64,000 nucleotides of DNA from an uncultured Candidatus Melainabacteria bacterium (GCA_934717855.1 CAKUZI010000004.1:43973-107972); one strand, 5' to 3'; positions 46,974-58,272 are shown, counted from the first letter of the stretch. The notes: a model not told the origin generated them from the letters alone. Made by a program: numbers and translations.

Positions 46974-49900
46974 ATGCCAAACGATAATAAACAAGGAAAT
47001 TTATTTATAAAACGCCCAAAGCTGGCGATAGTTATATCTTTAGCGATTATGCTTGCCGGAGCATTAATGATGTTAGTTCTTCCGTTGGAAGAATATCCGT
47101 CAATTACACCACCTCAGGTCGTTGTAACTGCGACTTACGCTGGTGCGAGTTCAGATGTTATTGAAAACACAATTGCTGCTCCGGTTGAAGCTCAATTAAA
47201 TGGTGTTCAGGATATGATTTATATGTCCTCAACTTCTCAAAACGGACAATACCAGCTGACTTTGTATTTTAATATCGGTTCTGATCCTGATATGGCGGTT
47301 GTAAACGTCCAAAACCAATTGCAACTGGTTACTCCGAGGTTGCCGGAAGAAGTTAAGCGCTATGGCTTATCTGTAAAAAAATCTACGGGTGGTCCTGGGT
47401 TGATGATGATTTCCGTAAATTCTCCAACCCATACTTATGATTCTTTGTATATCGCAAACTATGCATCTATTTATATTAAGGATGAATTAGCTCGTATTAA
47501 AGGTGTTGGTAAGGTTGCGGTTTTCGGTTCTTCTGATTATTCTATGAGAGTTTGGTTAGATGCTTCTAAGATGGCTAATTTGGGTGTATCTGTTTCAGAA
47601 GTTAGTTCTGCTATTCAGTCTCAAAACACACAGGTTCCGGCTGGTGACTTGGGTGTTGAACCAATGAAAAATAAGCAGATGATTAAACTTACAATGCGTA
47701 CAAAAGGCCGTTTGAAAGATGTTTCTGAGTTTGAAAATATTATTGTTCGCTCAAAAGCTGACGGTTCGCAAATTAAGTTGAAAGATATTGCAAGAGTAGA
47801 GCTTGGGGCAGAAAGTTATTCATTCTTCTCTCGTATTGGCGGAAAAGATTCTGCAATTATTTCAGTTAGTCAATTGCCGGAAGCAAATGCGATTGATTTG
47901 TCAAATAAAATTACTAAAAAAATGGCGGAATTGAGTAAAAGTTTTCCGCAAGGTATTGAATATAAAATTCAACGTGATGAAACTGAATTCGTAAGAGAAT
48001 CTATCAAAGAGGTTATCAGTGCAATCGGGCTTGCTATTTTGCTTGTAGGTATTGTAACTTATATGTTCTTGGGTAGTGCAAGAGCGGCATTAATTCCGTT
48101 CTGTGCAATTCCGGTTTCGTTAATCGGTGTATTTATATTTATGAATATATTAGGTTTTTCAATCAACCTTTTAATCTTATTTGGATTGGTTCTTGCAGTA
48201 GGGCTGGTTGTTGATGATGCTATTGTTGTTTTGGAAAACACGCAAAGACATATTCAAGAGGGCAAAAAACCTGTTGATGCGACAGAAGTTACTATGAATG
48301 AAGTATTTGGAGCTGTTCTTGCTACTTCTCTAGTATTGATGGCGGTATTTGTTCCGGTTTCATTTATGTCAGGTATTACGGGGCAAATGTTTAGGCAATT
48401 TGCGCTTTGTATCGCATCATCAATCGGTTTGTCTACTCTCGTTGCATTAACTCTTGCGCCTGCGCTTTGTGCAATGATTTTGAAATCAGGTGAAGAAAAA
48501 GCCGATTTTGAATTTATTCAAAAATTTGATGACTGGTTTGCCGGAGTAAGAGAGCAATATTTGAATGGTGTAAAAATATTTATTAATTCGCCAAAATTGA
48601 CAGCATCGGTTTTTGCCGGAATTGTTTTGTTTACGTCTGTAATGTTTTGGTTAATCCCAAAAGGATTTTTACCGACAGAAGATAAAGGTGCTGTATTTAC
48701 TCAAATTCAGTTGCCTGACGGTTCTTCAGCTTCTCGTACAAATATTGTTGCAAATGAGGTTGAAGAAAGAATTTTAAAAATTCCTGGGGTTGAAAATACA
48801 ATTACTTTGGTAGGATTTTCAGGTGAAAATACAGCGTTGATTGTAGCAGAATTGTCAAATTGGTCTAAACGTAAATCAAAAGATCTTTCTATGCAAAGTA
48901 TTTTGGGTAAAATTAAGAATGAATTTGCAAATTATCCATCAGCAACAATAGCTTCATTCTCTCCTCCGTCAATTTCCGGTTTAGGTATGTTCGGTGGTTT
49001 TGAATATCAATTGTTGGATAAAGGCGATAGAACTCCGCAGGAACTTTATGATGAGGCTCAAAAACTTATTCAAGCAGGAAACAAAAACTCTGCTTTCCAA
49101 ATGGTTTATACCTCATTTACGGCAAACTTACCTCAATTGTTGATTAAGGTTGATGAAAATAAAGCTCTTGCACAAGGTGTAAGTATTTCTGAAATTTATA
49201 GTGCTTTGTCAAGTTATTTCGGAAAATCTTATGTAAACGACTTTAATAAATATGGTCGTGTTTACCGTGTTTATTTGCAAGCAGATTCTGAATATAGAGA
49301 AAAACCTAGTGATATTGATAAAATTTATGTTAAAAGCAATTCAGGTTCAATGGTGCCTTTATCGGCTGTTGTAAATGTGTCTAATATTGTTGGACCTTAC
49401 AGTTTAACAAGGTTTAATATGTATCCTGCAATTACAATTAACGGGCAGGCTCGAAACGGTGTAAGTTCCGGTCAGGCCATGTCTGCAATGGAAGCAATTT
49501 CTGATGAAATTCTTCCGAAAGATATGGGATATGCTTGGTCTGGAAGCTCTTTGCAAGAAAAAGAATCAGCAGGACAAATCGGGCCAATTCTTGCAATGTC
49601 ACTTGTATTTATCTACTTATTCTTAGTGGGTTTGTATGAAAGCTGGATGTTGCCGATTGCGGTACTTTTGATTTCGCCTGTTGCGTTAGTTGGTGCGCTG
49701 TTCTTCCAATATGTTTCAGGTTATTCGTTAGACTTGTATTCTCAAATCGGTCTTGTAATGTTGATTGGTTTGTCTACAAAACAGGCGATTTTGATTATTG
49801 AATTTGCGAAAGATGCACACGAAAAAGGAATGAGTATTATTGAGTCAGCTATGCAGGCTGCAAAATTAAGATTTAGGGCGGTAATGATGACGAATATTGC

Positions 49901-50114
49901 GTTTATCTTAGGGTTGTTACCGCTTGTATTTGCAAAAGGTGCAGGTGCTGCCAGCCGTAACTCTGTTGGTATGACAGTATTTGGTGGAATGATGGCGGTT
50001 GCGTTTATCGGAACATTTTTAGTGCCGGCATTCTTTGTAATGGTAGAAAATTTGAAAGTTTACGTGGCTCACAAAGCTCGTGAATTACATTTAAAAAAGG
50101 AAAATAACAAATAA
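46974..50114 (+). CDS. RND multidrug efflux transporter (AcrB/HAE1 family)
   Basis: 1046 aa, 12 TM with two large periplasmic loops. AAGGATC RBS. Confidence 0.95.
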   Translation: MPNDNKQGNLFIKRPKLAIVISLAIMLAGALMMLVLPLEEYPSITPPQVVVTATYAGASSDVIENTIAAPVEAQLNGVQDMIYMSSTSQNGQYQLTLYFNIGSDPDMAVVNVQNQLQLVTPRLPEEVKRYGLSVKKSTGGPGLMMISVNSPTHTYDSLYIANYASIYIKDELARIKGVGKVAVFGSSDYSMRVWLDASKMANLGVSVSEVSSAIQSQNTQVPAGDLGVEPMKNKQMIKLTMRTKGRLKDVSEFENIIVRSKADGSQIKLKDIARVELGAESYSFFSRIGGKDSAIISVSQLPEANAIDLSNKITKKMAELSKSFPQGIEYKIQRDETEFVRESIKEVISAIGLAILLVGIVTYMFLGSARAALIPFCAIPVSLIGVFIFMNILGFSINLLILFGLVLAVGLVVDDAIVVLENTQRHIQEGKKPVDATEVTMNEVFGAVLATSLVLMAVFVPVSFMSGITGQMFRQFALCIASSIGLSTLVALTLAPALCAMILKSGEEKADFEFIQKFDDWFAGVREQYLNGVKIFINSPKLTASVFAGIVLFTSVMFWLIPKGFLPTEDKGAVFTQIQLPDGSSASRTNIVANEVEERILKIPGVENTITLVGFSGENTALIVAELSNWSKRKSKDLSMQSILGKIKNEFANYPSATIASFSPPSISGLGMFGGFEYQLLDKGDRTPQELYDEAQKLIQAGNKNSAFQMVYTSFTANLPQLLIKVDENKALAQGVSISEIYSALSSYFGKSYVNDFNKYGRVYRVYLQADSEYREKPSDIDKIYVKSNSGSMVPLSAVVNVSNIVGPYSLTRFNMYPAITINGQARNGVSSGQAMSAMEAISDEILPKDMGYAWSGSSLQEKESAGQIGPILAMSLVFIYLFLVGLYESWMLPIAVLLISPVALVGALFFQYVSGYSLDLYSQIGLVMLIGLSTKQAILIIEFAKDAHEKGMSIIESAMQAAKLRFRAVMMTNIAFILGLLPLVFAKGAGAASRNSVGMTVFGGMMAVAFIGTFLVPAFFVMVENLKVYVAHKARELHLKKENNK

Positions 50115-51529
50115 TGTTAAAAAGAATTTTATTAATAAGCTTAATAATTGGAATGACTTCAACAAGTGCGATTTGTGCGGATATTGGGAACAAAGTTAAC
50201 GATAAAGAATATCCGTCGGCGGATAAGGTTTTGCCGTCAAATACGCAAAAACCTGATTTTGTTATAGAGGGTTCTGTTGAAAAAAATATAGATATGACGC
50301 TCGATAAATGTATTGAGCTTGCTCTAGGAAATAATCCTCAAATTAATGCGGCATTTCATGATATTTTAGCTTCTGATGCCAGAATTAAACAAGTTTGGGC
50401 TAATTATTTCCCTCAATTGAGCTGGCAGACTGGTTATACAAAGATTAAACAACTTCAATTGTCAGATGCGTTGGGTCGAAATTTGACGTTTAATTACTAT
50501 ATTTTGGGGCAAGTTACGCTTCAACAAATGCTTTATGATTTTGGAGTTACGCAAAACCAAGCAACTATCAAACGTTTGGATTATGAAGCTTATAAAACAA
50601 CTCTAAGTGCAACGATTAATGATGTAATTTATCAAACAAAAGATGCGTATTACAATCTGTTGTTTGCTTTTGAAAATCGTCGTGTTGCGGAAGATACGGT
50701 TAAGAAATTTGAAATGTTTTATAATCAGGCAAAAGCGTTCTATGAAATCGGTATGAACCCAAAAGTTGATGTTACGATTGCGGAAGTTAATTTAAGTAAT
50801 GCAAAATTACAACTTATTCAGGCAGATAATGCTGTAAATCTTGCTGTTGCAAAGTTGAATAATGTTATGGGTGTTCCGTTTATTGATAAATATAATGTTC
50901 AAGAACGCTTGAAATATCAGCCGGTTGATGTTTCATTTAACCAATCTATTGAAATTGCACGAGAAGCAAGACCGGAATTAAAACTTGCGGAATTAAAAGT
51001 CGAGAGTGCAAATCAAACGATGAAATTGGTGAAAAAATCATATTTTCCAACACTTTCTATTGAAGGACAATATCAACGAGGTGGTAAAAGTTGGAATTCC
51101 AATTACGGTTATAACATTGGAGGTTACTTGAATTTCCCGACAATTAACGGAATGTTGATTAAAAACGAGATTAAAGAGGCGCGTTATTTGTATGACAAGG
51201 AAATAGCTAATGCAAAGAATACTCAAAATACGATTTATTTAGAAATTCAAAATGCGTTTTTAACACTTGAAGAGAAGAAAAATCAAATGCCTGTTGCTAT
51301 TTTGGGTGTAAAACAAGCGAAAGAAAACTATGAACTTTCTTATGGCAGATACCGTGTTGGAGAAGCAAGTCCGACTGAGTTGAAAGATGCACAAATTAAT
51401 TATCAACAAGCTCAATTGACGTATTACAATGCGCTTTATCAATATAATTCATCAAAAGCTTCATTAGAAAAAGCAATAGGTAAAAACCTCACAAGTCAAA
51501 ATTCTGATGTTGTAGAATTAGGGAAATAA
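50114..51529 (+). CDS. TolC-like outer membrane efflux protein
   Basis: 471 aa. Signal peptide. Two OEP repeats. Start overlaps the acrB-like stop (ATAATG). Confidence 0.8.
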   Translation: MLKRILLISLIIGMTSTSAICADIGNKVNDKEYPSADKVLPSNTQKPDFVIEGSVEKNIDMTLDKCIELALGNNPQINAAFHDILASDARIKQVWANYFPQLSWQTGYTKIKQLQLSDALGRNLTFNYYILGQVTLQQMLYDFGVTQNQATIKRLDYEAYKTTLSATINDVIYQTKDAYYNLLFAFENRRVAEDTVKKFEMFYNQAKAFYEIGMNPKVDVTIAEVNLSNAKLQLIQADNAVNLAVAKLNNVMGVPFIDKYNVQERLKYQPVDVSFNQSIEIAREARPELKLAELKVESANQTMKLVKKSYFPTLSIEGQYQRGGKSWNSNYGYNIGGYLNFPTINGMLIKNEIKEARYLYDKEIANAKNTQNTIYLEIQNAFLTLEEKKNQMPVAILGVKQAKENYELSYGRYRVGEASPTELKDAQINYQQAQLTYYNALYQYNSSKASLEKAIGKNLTSQNSDVVELGK

Positions 51530-51625
51530 TATGTTGTAGTTTTACGACTACTTTTATATAATACCAATATTTGTTATCGCGGACTATGTTCCGCGATTTG
51601 TTTCGAACAGAAATGTTAAAACTTG

Positions 51626-51757
51626 TCCTCTCTTCTAGGGGAAGTTAGAAAAATGGATTTATTTTATAAAAACAATTAATTAACCCCTCTCCCGAATTCG
51701 TAATACTCACTGTTGTTCGCAAACGACTTCGACCTCTTCCCTCGGAGAGGTGAAATC
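51626..51757. repeat. MITE-like palindromic element, copy 2 (about 132 bp)
   Basis: Aligns with 11782..11904, with a 9-nt indel and a few substitutions. Confidence 0.7.
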
Positions 51758-51797
51758 TATCGAAATATTTTATTTAAAAAAACTATTACTATTATTT

Positions 51798-51858
51798 TCC
51801 CCCACCTCGAAATCAAAGATTTCGGTCCTCCCTCAAGTGGAGGACATGGAGTAACAAA
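51798..51858. repeat. intergenic copy of the GC-rich palindromic repeat also found inside the ispB-like CDS
   Basis: CCCCCACCTCGAAATCAAAGATTTCGGTCCTCCCTCAAGTGGAGGACATGGAG vs 16847..16907. Confidence 0.65.
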
Positions 51859-51928
51859 CATTTTTGTTTGTCATTCTGAGCGATTAGCGAAGAATCTCAA
51901 AGTAAGAGGAACATGTTTTTACATTAAT

Positions 51929-53719
51929 TTATGCATTCCTTTGGAAAAATCCTGCGATTTCTTTGTGTGGGAAAAATTTTACAACAGGACGTCCATGAGG
52001 GCAAGTGTACGGCATTTTAGTCGTTCGCCATTTTTTTACAATTTCTTGCATTTGCCAAGTTGAAAGTTTTTGACCTGCTTTTACAGATGCTTTACAAGCT
52101 GTTGTTATTAAAATATGTTCTTCAAGTCTGTCGATGTTGCCCTCAATGTTTTCTAAAATATCTGCCAAAATTTCTTTTGGGTTTACTTTAGCAATCATTT
52201 GCGGAACTTTTCTGAAAATTAATTCATTTTCTTTTAAAAATTCTATTCCAAATCCAAATTTTTCAAACTTTTCAATATTTTCTTTTATTAATTCTGCTTC
52301 AGTGCTGGAAACAGGAACAACATCTGATACAAATAACATTTGAGAAACGATATTTTTTTCTGACATAAGTTTTTCGTAAATATATCTTTCTTCCGCAATA
52401 TGTTGATCAATAATTTCAAGTCCGTCTTCTTTTTCTACCAAAATGTAGGTGTTTTTGTATTGCCCGATAATATTTTCTTCAGGTTCCGGATCTTTTTCTA
52501 TTGGTACAAAAAATTGACGTTGTTCTATTTTTTCTTCTTGTTGTTGTGCAAATTTTGCTTCTTCCTCTTGCATTAATTTACTTGAAACATAAATAGTATC
52601 TTCTTTTTTATCAAAATAAATGTCTCCAGATGTTTCAAGTTTTGGCTGTACAAAATCAACAACATTGTTTTGGGGTTGAATTGTTTGAGAAAATTGTTGT
52701 GGCTCAAATGTCATTGTCGGTTGGCGTTCAACATAATTTGCCAAACCTGCATGAATTGATGCGTAAATAAAATTGAAAACTTGGTTTGGATTTTTATAAC
52801 GCACTTCTTTTTTTGTCGGATGGACATTTACATCAACATCTGACGGTGGAAGTTCTAAATTTAAAATTACAAATGGATATTTCCCGCTTGCAATAAGACT
52901 TTTGTATGCCATATCAATTGCTTTTTGGAATACAGGACATTTAACCGTTCTTCCATTGATATAAATGTGATAACCTTTTTTGCTTGAACGAGTATAATTT
53001 GGAGTGCTTACGTAGCCTGTCATCTTCATTCCGGCAAGTTGGTCTGTTTTTAATACTTCTTTTAAGTTAGGAATTATATCGGCTGAATAAACCTCTTTTA
53101 CAGTTTGCAAAAGATTGTTTTGACCGGATGTTTTTAAAACAGTTTTACCATTCTTTTTTAATTCAATGGAACATTCCGGATGTGCTAAAGCAATTGATTG
53201 AACAAGTTCTTGAATGTATGAAAATTCTGTGTTTGAACTTTTTAAAAATTTTAAACGTGCAGGGATGTTGTAGAACAAATCTTTTATATCCATAATTGTT
53301 CCGATAGCACAACCTGTTTCAACTTGTTTAACTTCAGAGTTTTCACATTTTACCTTTGTTCCGGTGTCAAAATCTGCAGTTCTTGTTGTGCAGGTTAATT
53401 TTGAGATTGAAATTATGCTGGATAAAGCTTCTCCACGAAAACCAAGAGTATGAATATCAAATAAATCTTCATCTGTTGAAATTTTGCTTGTAGCGTGTTT
53501 TGAAAATGCAAGCATAATATCGTCAGGATAAATTCCGCAACCATTATCTGCTACTCTAATATCTCTGCAGTCATTATTGATTTCAATACTCACTTTTGTA
53601 GAGCCGGCATCAACGGAATTCTCTACTAATTCTTTTACAACAGAAGCCGGTCGTTCAATAACTTCACCTGCTGCAATTTGATTTATTAAATGTTTTGAAA
53701 GTTGTTTTATCCTCGCCAT
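51929..53719 (-). CDS. mutL: DNA mismatch repair protein MutL
   Basis: Start at MARIKQLSKHLINQIAAGEVIERPASVVKELVENSVDAGS (GHKL ATPase motifs). C-terminal dimerisation domain. Confidence 0.9.
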   Translation of the reverse strand: MARIKQLSKHLINQIAAGEVIERPASVVKELVENSVDAGSTKVSIEINNDCRDIRVADNGCGIYPDDIMLAFSKHATSKISTDEDLFDIHTLGFRGEALSSIISISKLTCTTRTADFDTGTKVKCENSEVKQVETGCAIGTIMDIKDLFYNIPARLKFLKSSNTEFSYIQELVQSIALAHPECSIELKKNGKTVLKTSGQNNLLQTVKEVYSADIIPNLKEVLKTDQLAGMKMTGYVSTPNYTRSSKKGYHIYINGRTVKCPVFQKAIDMAYKSLIASGKYPFVILNLELPPSDVDVNVHPTKKEVRYKNPNQVFNFIYASIHAGLANYVERQPTMTFEPQQFSQTIQPQNNVVDFVQPKLETSGDIYFDKKEDTIYVSSKLMQEEEAKFAQQQEEKIEQRQFFVPIEKDPEPEENIIGQYKNTYILVEKEDGLEIIDQHIAEERYIYEKLMSEKNIVSQMLFVSDVVPVSSTEAELIKENIEKFEKFGFGIEFLKENELIFRKVPQMIAKVNPKEILADILENIEGNIDRLEEHILITTACKASVKAGQKLSTWQMQEIVKKWRTTKMPYTCPHGRPVVKFFPHKEIAGFFQRNA

Positions 53720-53908
53720 AAAAAATAAATCCCTCAATCTAATTCTCAATCTACACCAAACACAAATTCATCTAAATGTTTGATTACAAATTTGAAACAT
53801 TTTTATACGATAGTAGCGTGATAGAGCTATTAGGTTTTAGAACAATAAGCGACTAGGTAGCTAATAAGTTAGGTAGCTAGGCATATTTAAGATAGGGAGA
53901 TTAAGGAC

Positions 53909-54781
53909 TTGGCAAGAGTTAGAACAAATACAAAATTAAAACCGTCAAAAAAAGCTGATTTGCAGGTAGTAAAACCTGTTAAAACAACTCGATACAGTGA
54001 TATAGATTTAAATAATTGGAAAGCATATGATCACGTTAAAACTGATACTTTGTGGGAATTCCCTACAAGATTAAGAGAGGGCGGTCACTCTAACGAATAC
54101 CATGGAAATTATATTCCTCAAATTGCTCAACAATTGTACGAAAGATTTACAAAGAAAAATGACGTTGTGCTTGATTTGTTCTTTGGTTCAGGAACATCAG
54201 GGATTGAAGCAATTAATATGGGCAGACGTTGTATTGGTGTTGAGCTTAAAGATGAACTTGCAGAAAGCGTTTCACAAAAATTTACTCCAAAACAACTTGT
54301 AACAGATGTTCGTATTATTTGTGCGGATTCTGCTTCTGAAGAAATGAGAGAAAAAGTTCAAGCAAGTTTAGATATTATGCGTGAAGAAAAAGCTCAATTC
54401 TTAATTCTTCATCCGCCTTATGATGATATTATCAAGTTTTCTGACAAAAAAGAAGATTTGTCTAACTGTGATACTACAGAAGAATTTTATGATTTATTCG
54501 CAAAAGTTGCAAAAAACGGTTATGATATGCTTGAAAAGGGTCGTTTTGCAGCGTTGATAATTGGCGACAGCTACAAAAATTCCGAAGTTCAACCTCTCGG
54601 TTTTGAATGTATGGCTCGTATGATGGCTTTGGGATTTAAACTAAAAGGTATTATTGTAAAAGATATTCAAGGTAATGAACGTGCTAAAGGTAAAACTGCA
54701 AACTTGTGGCGTTATAGAGCTTTAGCTGGTGGATTTTTCATATTTAAACATGAATATGTAATGATTTTTGAAAAAAAGTAA
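53909..54781 (+). CDS. SAM-dependent methyltransferase of the N6-adenine/N4-cytosine (DPPY-type) class, apparently orphan
   Basis: 290 aa. SAM motif VVLDLFFGSGTSGIEA..GRRCIGVEL. Catalytic-type motif LILHPPYDD. No restriction endonuclease or specificity gene nearby. Confidence 0.55.
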   Translation: MARVRTNTKLKPSKKADLQVVKPVKTTRYSDIDLNNWKAYDHVKTDTLWEFPTRLREGGHSNEYHGNYIPQIAQQLYERFTKKNDVVLDLFFGSGTSGIEAINMGRRCIGVELKDELAESVSQKFTPKQLVTDVRIICADSASEEMREKVQASLDIMREEKAQFLILHPPYDDIIKFSDKKEDLSNCDTTEEFYDLFAKVAKNGYDMLEKGRFAALIIGDSYKNSEVQPLGFECMARMMALGFKLKGIIVKDIQGNERAKGKTANLWRYRALAGGFFIFKHEYVMIFEKK

Positions 54782-54901
54782 ATACGTAAAAATTTTCATA
54801 GAGAAAATTGATTTTATTTATCCTGAAAAGAGCATATTCACTTATTCTTCTTTTTGTGATTATTATGATATAATAATCTTAGAGAATAGTGGGAAAGTTT
54901 T

Positions 54902-57127
54902 ATGGCGACGCAAACAAAAAAATTATCAATAGCATTTTATTGGCATATGCACCAACCTGTTTATCAACTTACACCTACGGGAGATTATTTAATGCCGTGG
55001 GTCAGATTACATGCGGTGAAAGATTATCTTGATATGGTTCTTATTCTTGACAAATTCAAGAATATAAAATTGAACTTTAACCTTGTACCGGTTTTGTTGG
55101 ATGCTTTAATTGATTATGGCCAAAATGGTTTGCATGATATCCATTCAAGACTTTCTATTACAGATGTTGAAGATTTGACGGATGATGACAAAGAATTTAT
55201 TATTAACAATTTTTTCGATGCCAATTATCACTATATGATTTTGCCAAATGAAGAATATAACAGACTTTATCAAAAAATTCAATTAAGTGATACAAATGAT
55301 TTAAACATTTTTTCAAACCAAGAATATTCTGATTTGATGGCATTGTTTAACCTTGCGTGGTTTGATCCGATTTATAAAAACAAATATCCGGAATTAAAAA
55401 AACTTATCCAAAAAGGTAAAAATTATACGCTGGAAGATAGGATTAAAATAATTGATATTCAACGCGATATTATTAGAGAAATTATTCCTGCTTATAAAAA
55501 ATATATGGAAGACGGTAAAATTGAAATTACAACAAGTCCATATTATCATCCGATTTTACCGATATTGTTAGATTTTAAAAATATTAAAACAGCTCCAGAA
55601 AGTGATTTGCCTGAAGATTTAAAAATGCAAACAGATGCCAAAGAACAAACGCAAATGGCTTTAGACAGAATAGAAGAAATTTTTGGCAGACGTCCTAAGG
55701 GAATTTGGCCATCGGAACATTGTATTAATTCTAAAGTTGCAGAAATGTTGAGTGAACTTGGTGTTAAGTGGACAATTTCTGATGAGGGAGTTTTGTCAAA
55801 TTCAATTAATTTTGAATTTATAAGAGATTTTAGAGGCTATTTGGAAGATCCTTATCATCTTTTAAAAACTTATAATCACAAAAATGTTGATATCATTTTT
55901 AGAGATGCTATGCTTCCAAACCTTATAGGGTTTGAATATCCTAATCATTCGGCAGAAGGCGCTGCAAACGATTTGTATGACAGAATAAAAGTTGCTCAAA
56001 GTAAATTGGTATCCTCTCCTGATGAACATCATTTGCTGACTATTGCAATGGATGGTGAAAATTGTTGGGAAAATTACACTCAGGATGGTGATGAGTTTTT
56101 GACAAAAATTTATTCACTAATCGAAAATGATCCGACACTTGAAACTGTATTAATTAGTGATTATGTTGAAAAAGATACCTCAAAACCTTTGAATAAATTA
56201 AGTGCCGGTTCTTGGATTAATCGTAACTTTAAATTATGGATTGATGAACCGATAAAAAACTTAGCTTGGACATATTTAGAGCACGTGAGAGAAGATTTTT
56301 CTGCTTTTGTAGAAGCAAATCCGCAAAATCCTAATATTGATGCCGCAAAAAAAGAATTGTTTATCTGCGAGGGCAGTGATTGGTTCTGGTGGTATGGCGA
56401 ACCTAACGATTCAGGGCGTGATAACATTTTTGATTACATTTTTAGAGAACATTTGAAAAATATTTATTTCTATTTAGGACTTGAACCGCCAGAATATCTT
56501 GAAACTCCGCTTTTGTCAGCAATTGCAAAACCGTCAAGGTATCCAAAATGTGAGATTACTCCACAGATAGATGGAAAAGAACACAATGACGATATTTGGC
56601 AAAATGCTGGTTGTATAAAAATTCCAGATGGTCCTGTACTTAAGGAAAATAAATTTTATGACAAAATATATTTTGGATACGACAAGGACAACTTGTATTT
56701 GAGATTTTATCTGAATGAATATTTGAAAGAAACTCCTGCTTTATTAAAGCAAGCTAACCAAATGTACATTTACATGAGAAATCAGAATAAAAAACAGGCG
56801 CTTTCTCCAATAAGAATTATCCAAAAAACCGAGAGTATTTTACCAATTTCAAAAGAAAAATTTCATAATGAATTTCAAATTTCAATTTTTGGTGGTGAAA
56901 TAAATCTTGTAAGACTTGTCAAAGCTATACCGAATAACCTGTGGGTAATTACAACTTCTAAAAGTATAAAGACGGTTTATGACAAAGTTGTAGATGTAAG
57001 TATTCCGTTTGATTCAATAGAAATTGCAAGTGGTGATACTTTGGAATTTTTGTTTGTAAATGCAAATTATGGTGTAAAAGATTATTTTGTTCCGAATGAA
57101 ATGCTATTAACAATAACGAGAATGTAA
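54902..57127 (+). CDS. glycoside hydrolase family 57 protein (alpha-glucan processing)
   Basis: 741 aa. FYWHMHQPVY and WVRLHAVKDY GH57 signatures. Catalytic-region motifs DGENCWE and GSDWFWW. Confidence 0.8.
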   Translation: MATQTKKLSIAFYWHMHQPVYQLTPTGDYLMPWVRLHAVKDYLDMVLILDKFKNIKLNFNLVPVLLDALIDYGQNGLHDIHSRLSITDVEDLTDDDKEFIINNFFDANYHYMILPNEEYNRLYQKIQLSDTNDLNIFSNQEYSDLMALFNLAWFDPIYKNKYPELKKLIQKGKNYTLEDRIKIIDIQRDIIREIIPAYKKYMEDGKIEITTSPYYHPILPILLDFKNIKTAPESDLPEDLKMQTDAKEQTQMALDRIEEIFGRRPKGIWPSEHCINSKVAEMLSELGVKWTISDEGVLSNSINFEFIRDFRGYLEDPYHLLKTYNHKNVDIIFRDAMLPNLIGFEYPNHSAEGAANDLYDRIKVAQSKLVSSPDEHHLLTIAMDGENCWENYTQDGDEFLTKIYSLIENDPTLETVLISDYVEKDTSKPLNKLSAGSWINRNFKLWIDEPIKNLAWTYLEHVREDFSAFVEANPQNPNIDAAKKELFICEGSDWFWWYGEPNDSGRDNIFDYIFREHLKNIYFYLGLEPPEYLETPLLSAIAKPSRYPKCEITPQIDGKEHNDDIWQNAGCIKIPDGPVLKENKFYDKIYFGYDKDNLYLRFYLNEYLKETPALLKQANQMYIYMRNQNKKQALSPIRIIQKTESILPISKEKFHNEFQISIFGGEINLVRLVKAIPNNLWVITTSKSIKTVYDKVVDVSIPFDSIEIASGDTLEFLFVNANYGVKDYFVPNEMLLTITRM

Positions 57128-57207
57128 CAAAAACTTTACAAAATTGCAAAAACACTAAAGTTTTTATTATGTTTGACGTTAAGGAATATACAAAGGGAAA
57201 TTATATA

Positions 57208-57387
57208 TGGTTGATTTTAATTCTGACATACCTAAAGGACTTCCAAAATTAGATAAAGACTATTGGTCAAAAAGCAAAACAAATGTAGGAGACCAGTCTC
57301 AAGAACCACTTTTTGATGTAAATACAAAATTTACTCTTGAAAACGATTTGGCAAAAATTTCAGTTTTCAATGGAAATAAAAAATAAA
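57208..57387 (+). CDS. small hypothetical ORF (59 aa)
   Basis: AGGGAAAT RBS-like sequence then ATG. Read manually; it is not in the ORF track because it falls just under the length cut-off. Confidence 0.25.
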
Positions 57388-57420
57388 TTTTAAATTCCTC
57401 TCTTTTCCTCACACAATTTA

Positions 57421-57458
57421 TAAAAAAGAACCTCTCTAGTGATAAGGTTCTTTTTTTT
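57421..57458. repeat. terminator-like hairpin, copy 1 of an identical direct repeat
   Basis: AAAAAAGAACCTCTCTAGTGATAAGGTTCTTTTTTTT. Identical to 58319..58358. Confidence 0.7.
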
Positions 57459-57632
57459 GATAAAGTTAGGGTATATCGGGTAGCTGAGAAAGTGAAATGG
57501 GGCTAAAAATAGCACCATATAAACTATTTTTTTTGTAAAATTTTATGAAGTCAAAAATATGACATAGCAAAATTTTTTATTAGAAGTTTTATTATAAAAA
57601 AATAACATGTGTAACGCAAGAGAAAGAGGTTA

Positions 57633-58082
57633 ATGATGGAAATTAAAATAAACACACTTCTAGGACATAGATTATTTCATAACAGTAAAGGTGAAACATT
57701 GATTTTGCAAAAGGGACTTCGGGCTAATGATAATAGGCCAACTGTATCTTTGTTTAAGTTAGATGGAATCGATGTTATTCCGGTAGCAGAAAAAATATAT
57801 GGTGAAAATCATTCTGCAAAAACTCCAGATATCTACAAACACCATAAACTAAATGAACAAATTGTTACAAGAACAAAAAAAGGTAACAACATGATTGGAA
57901 CTTTGTATAGTTACAGAACCTTTTTTAAAGGTTCCGTTTACTTTGCGGAAACAAAAAATGGTGCAAAAATAACTTCTAGCTATGATAAAGATAAACCTAT
58001 TTCAGCATTCCAAAGTTTTTGTGAAGCTTTTGGTAATCCAGGAAAAAGGATTTATAATAGGCTTTTAAAAGGTGATAAGTAG
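57633..58082 (+). CDS. hypothetical protein
   Basis: 149 aa. GAAAGAGG RBS. Bracketed by the duplicated hairpins. Confidence 0.4.
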   Translation: MMEIKINTLLGHRLFHNSKGETLILQKGLRANDNRPTVSLFKLDGIDVIPVAEKIYGENHSAKTPDIYKHHKLNEQIVTRTKKGNNMIGTLYSYRTFFKGSVYFAETKNGAKITSSYDKDKPISAFQSFCEAFGNPGKRIYNRLLKGDK

Positions 58083-58272
58083 TAGTAAAATATTTCTCGT
58101 AATTATTAACCAAAATCAACACAGAGCAGAAAAAATACTTAAGTATTTCTCTGCTCTGTAGTTTATTGTGTGCAATTTTTGCTACAAATTTATAGAATGG
58201 AATTGATGTTTTGTAACAGACTTGGTATCTGTGCATTTATGCGTCTAAAATTTAATGTCTCAGTAACTTCCG

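Noticed and set aside
51713-52063. 116-aa plus-strand ORF in the tolC-mutL spacer.
   Set aside because: It is composed almost entirely of repeat-element sequence and overlaps the 3' end of mutL on the other strand. Spurious.
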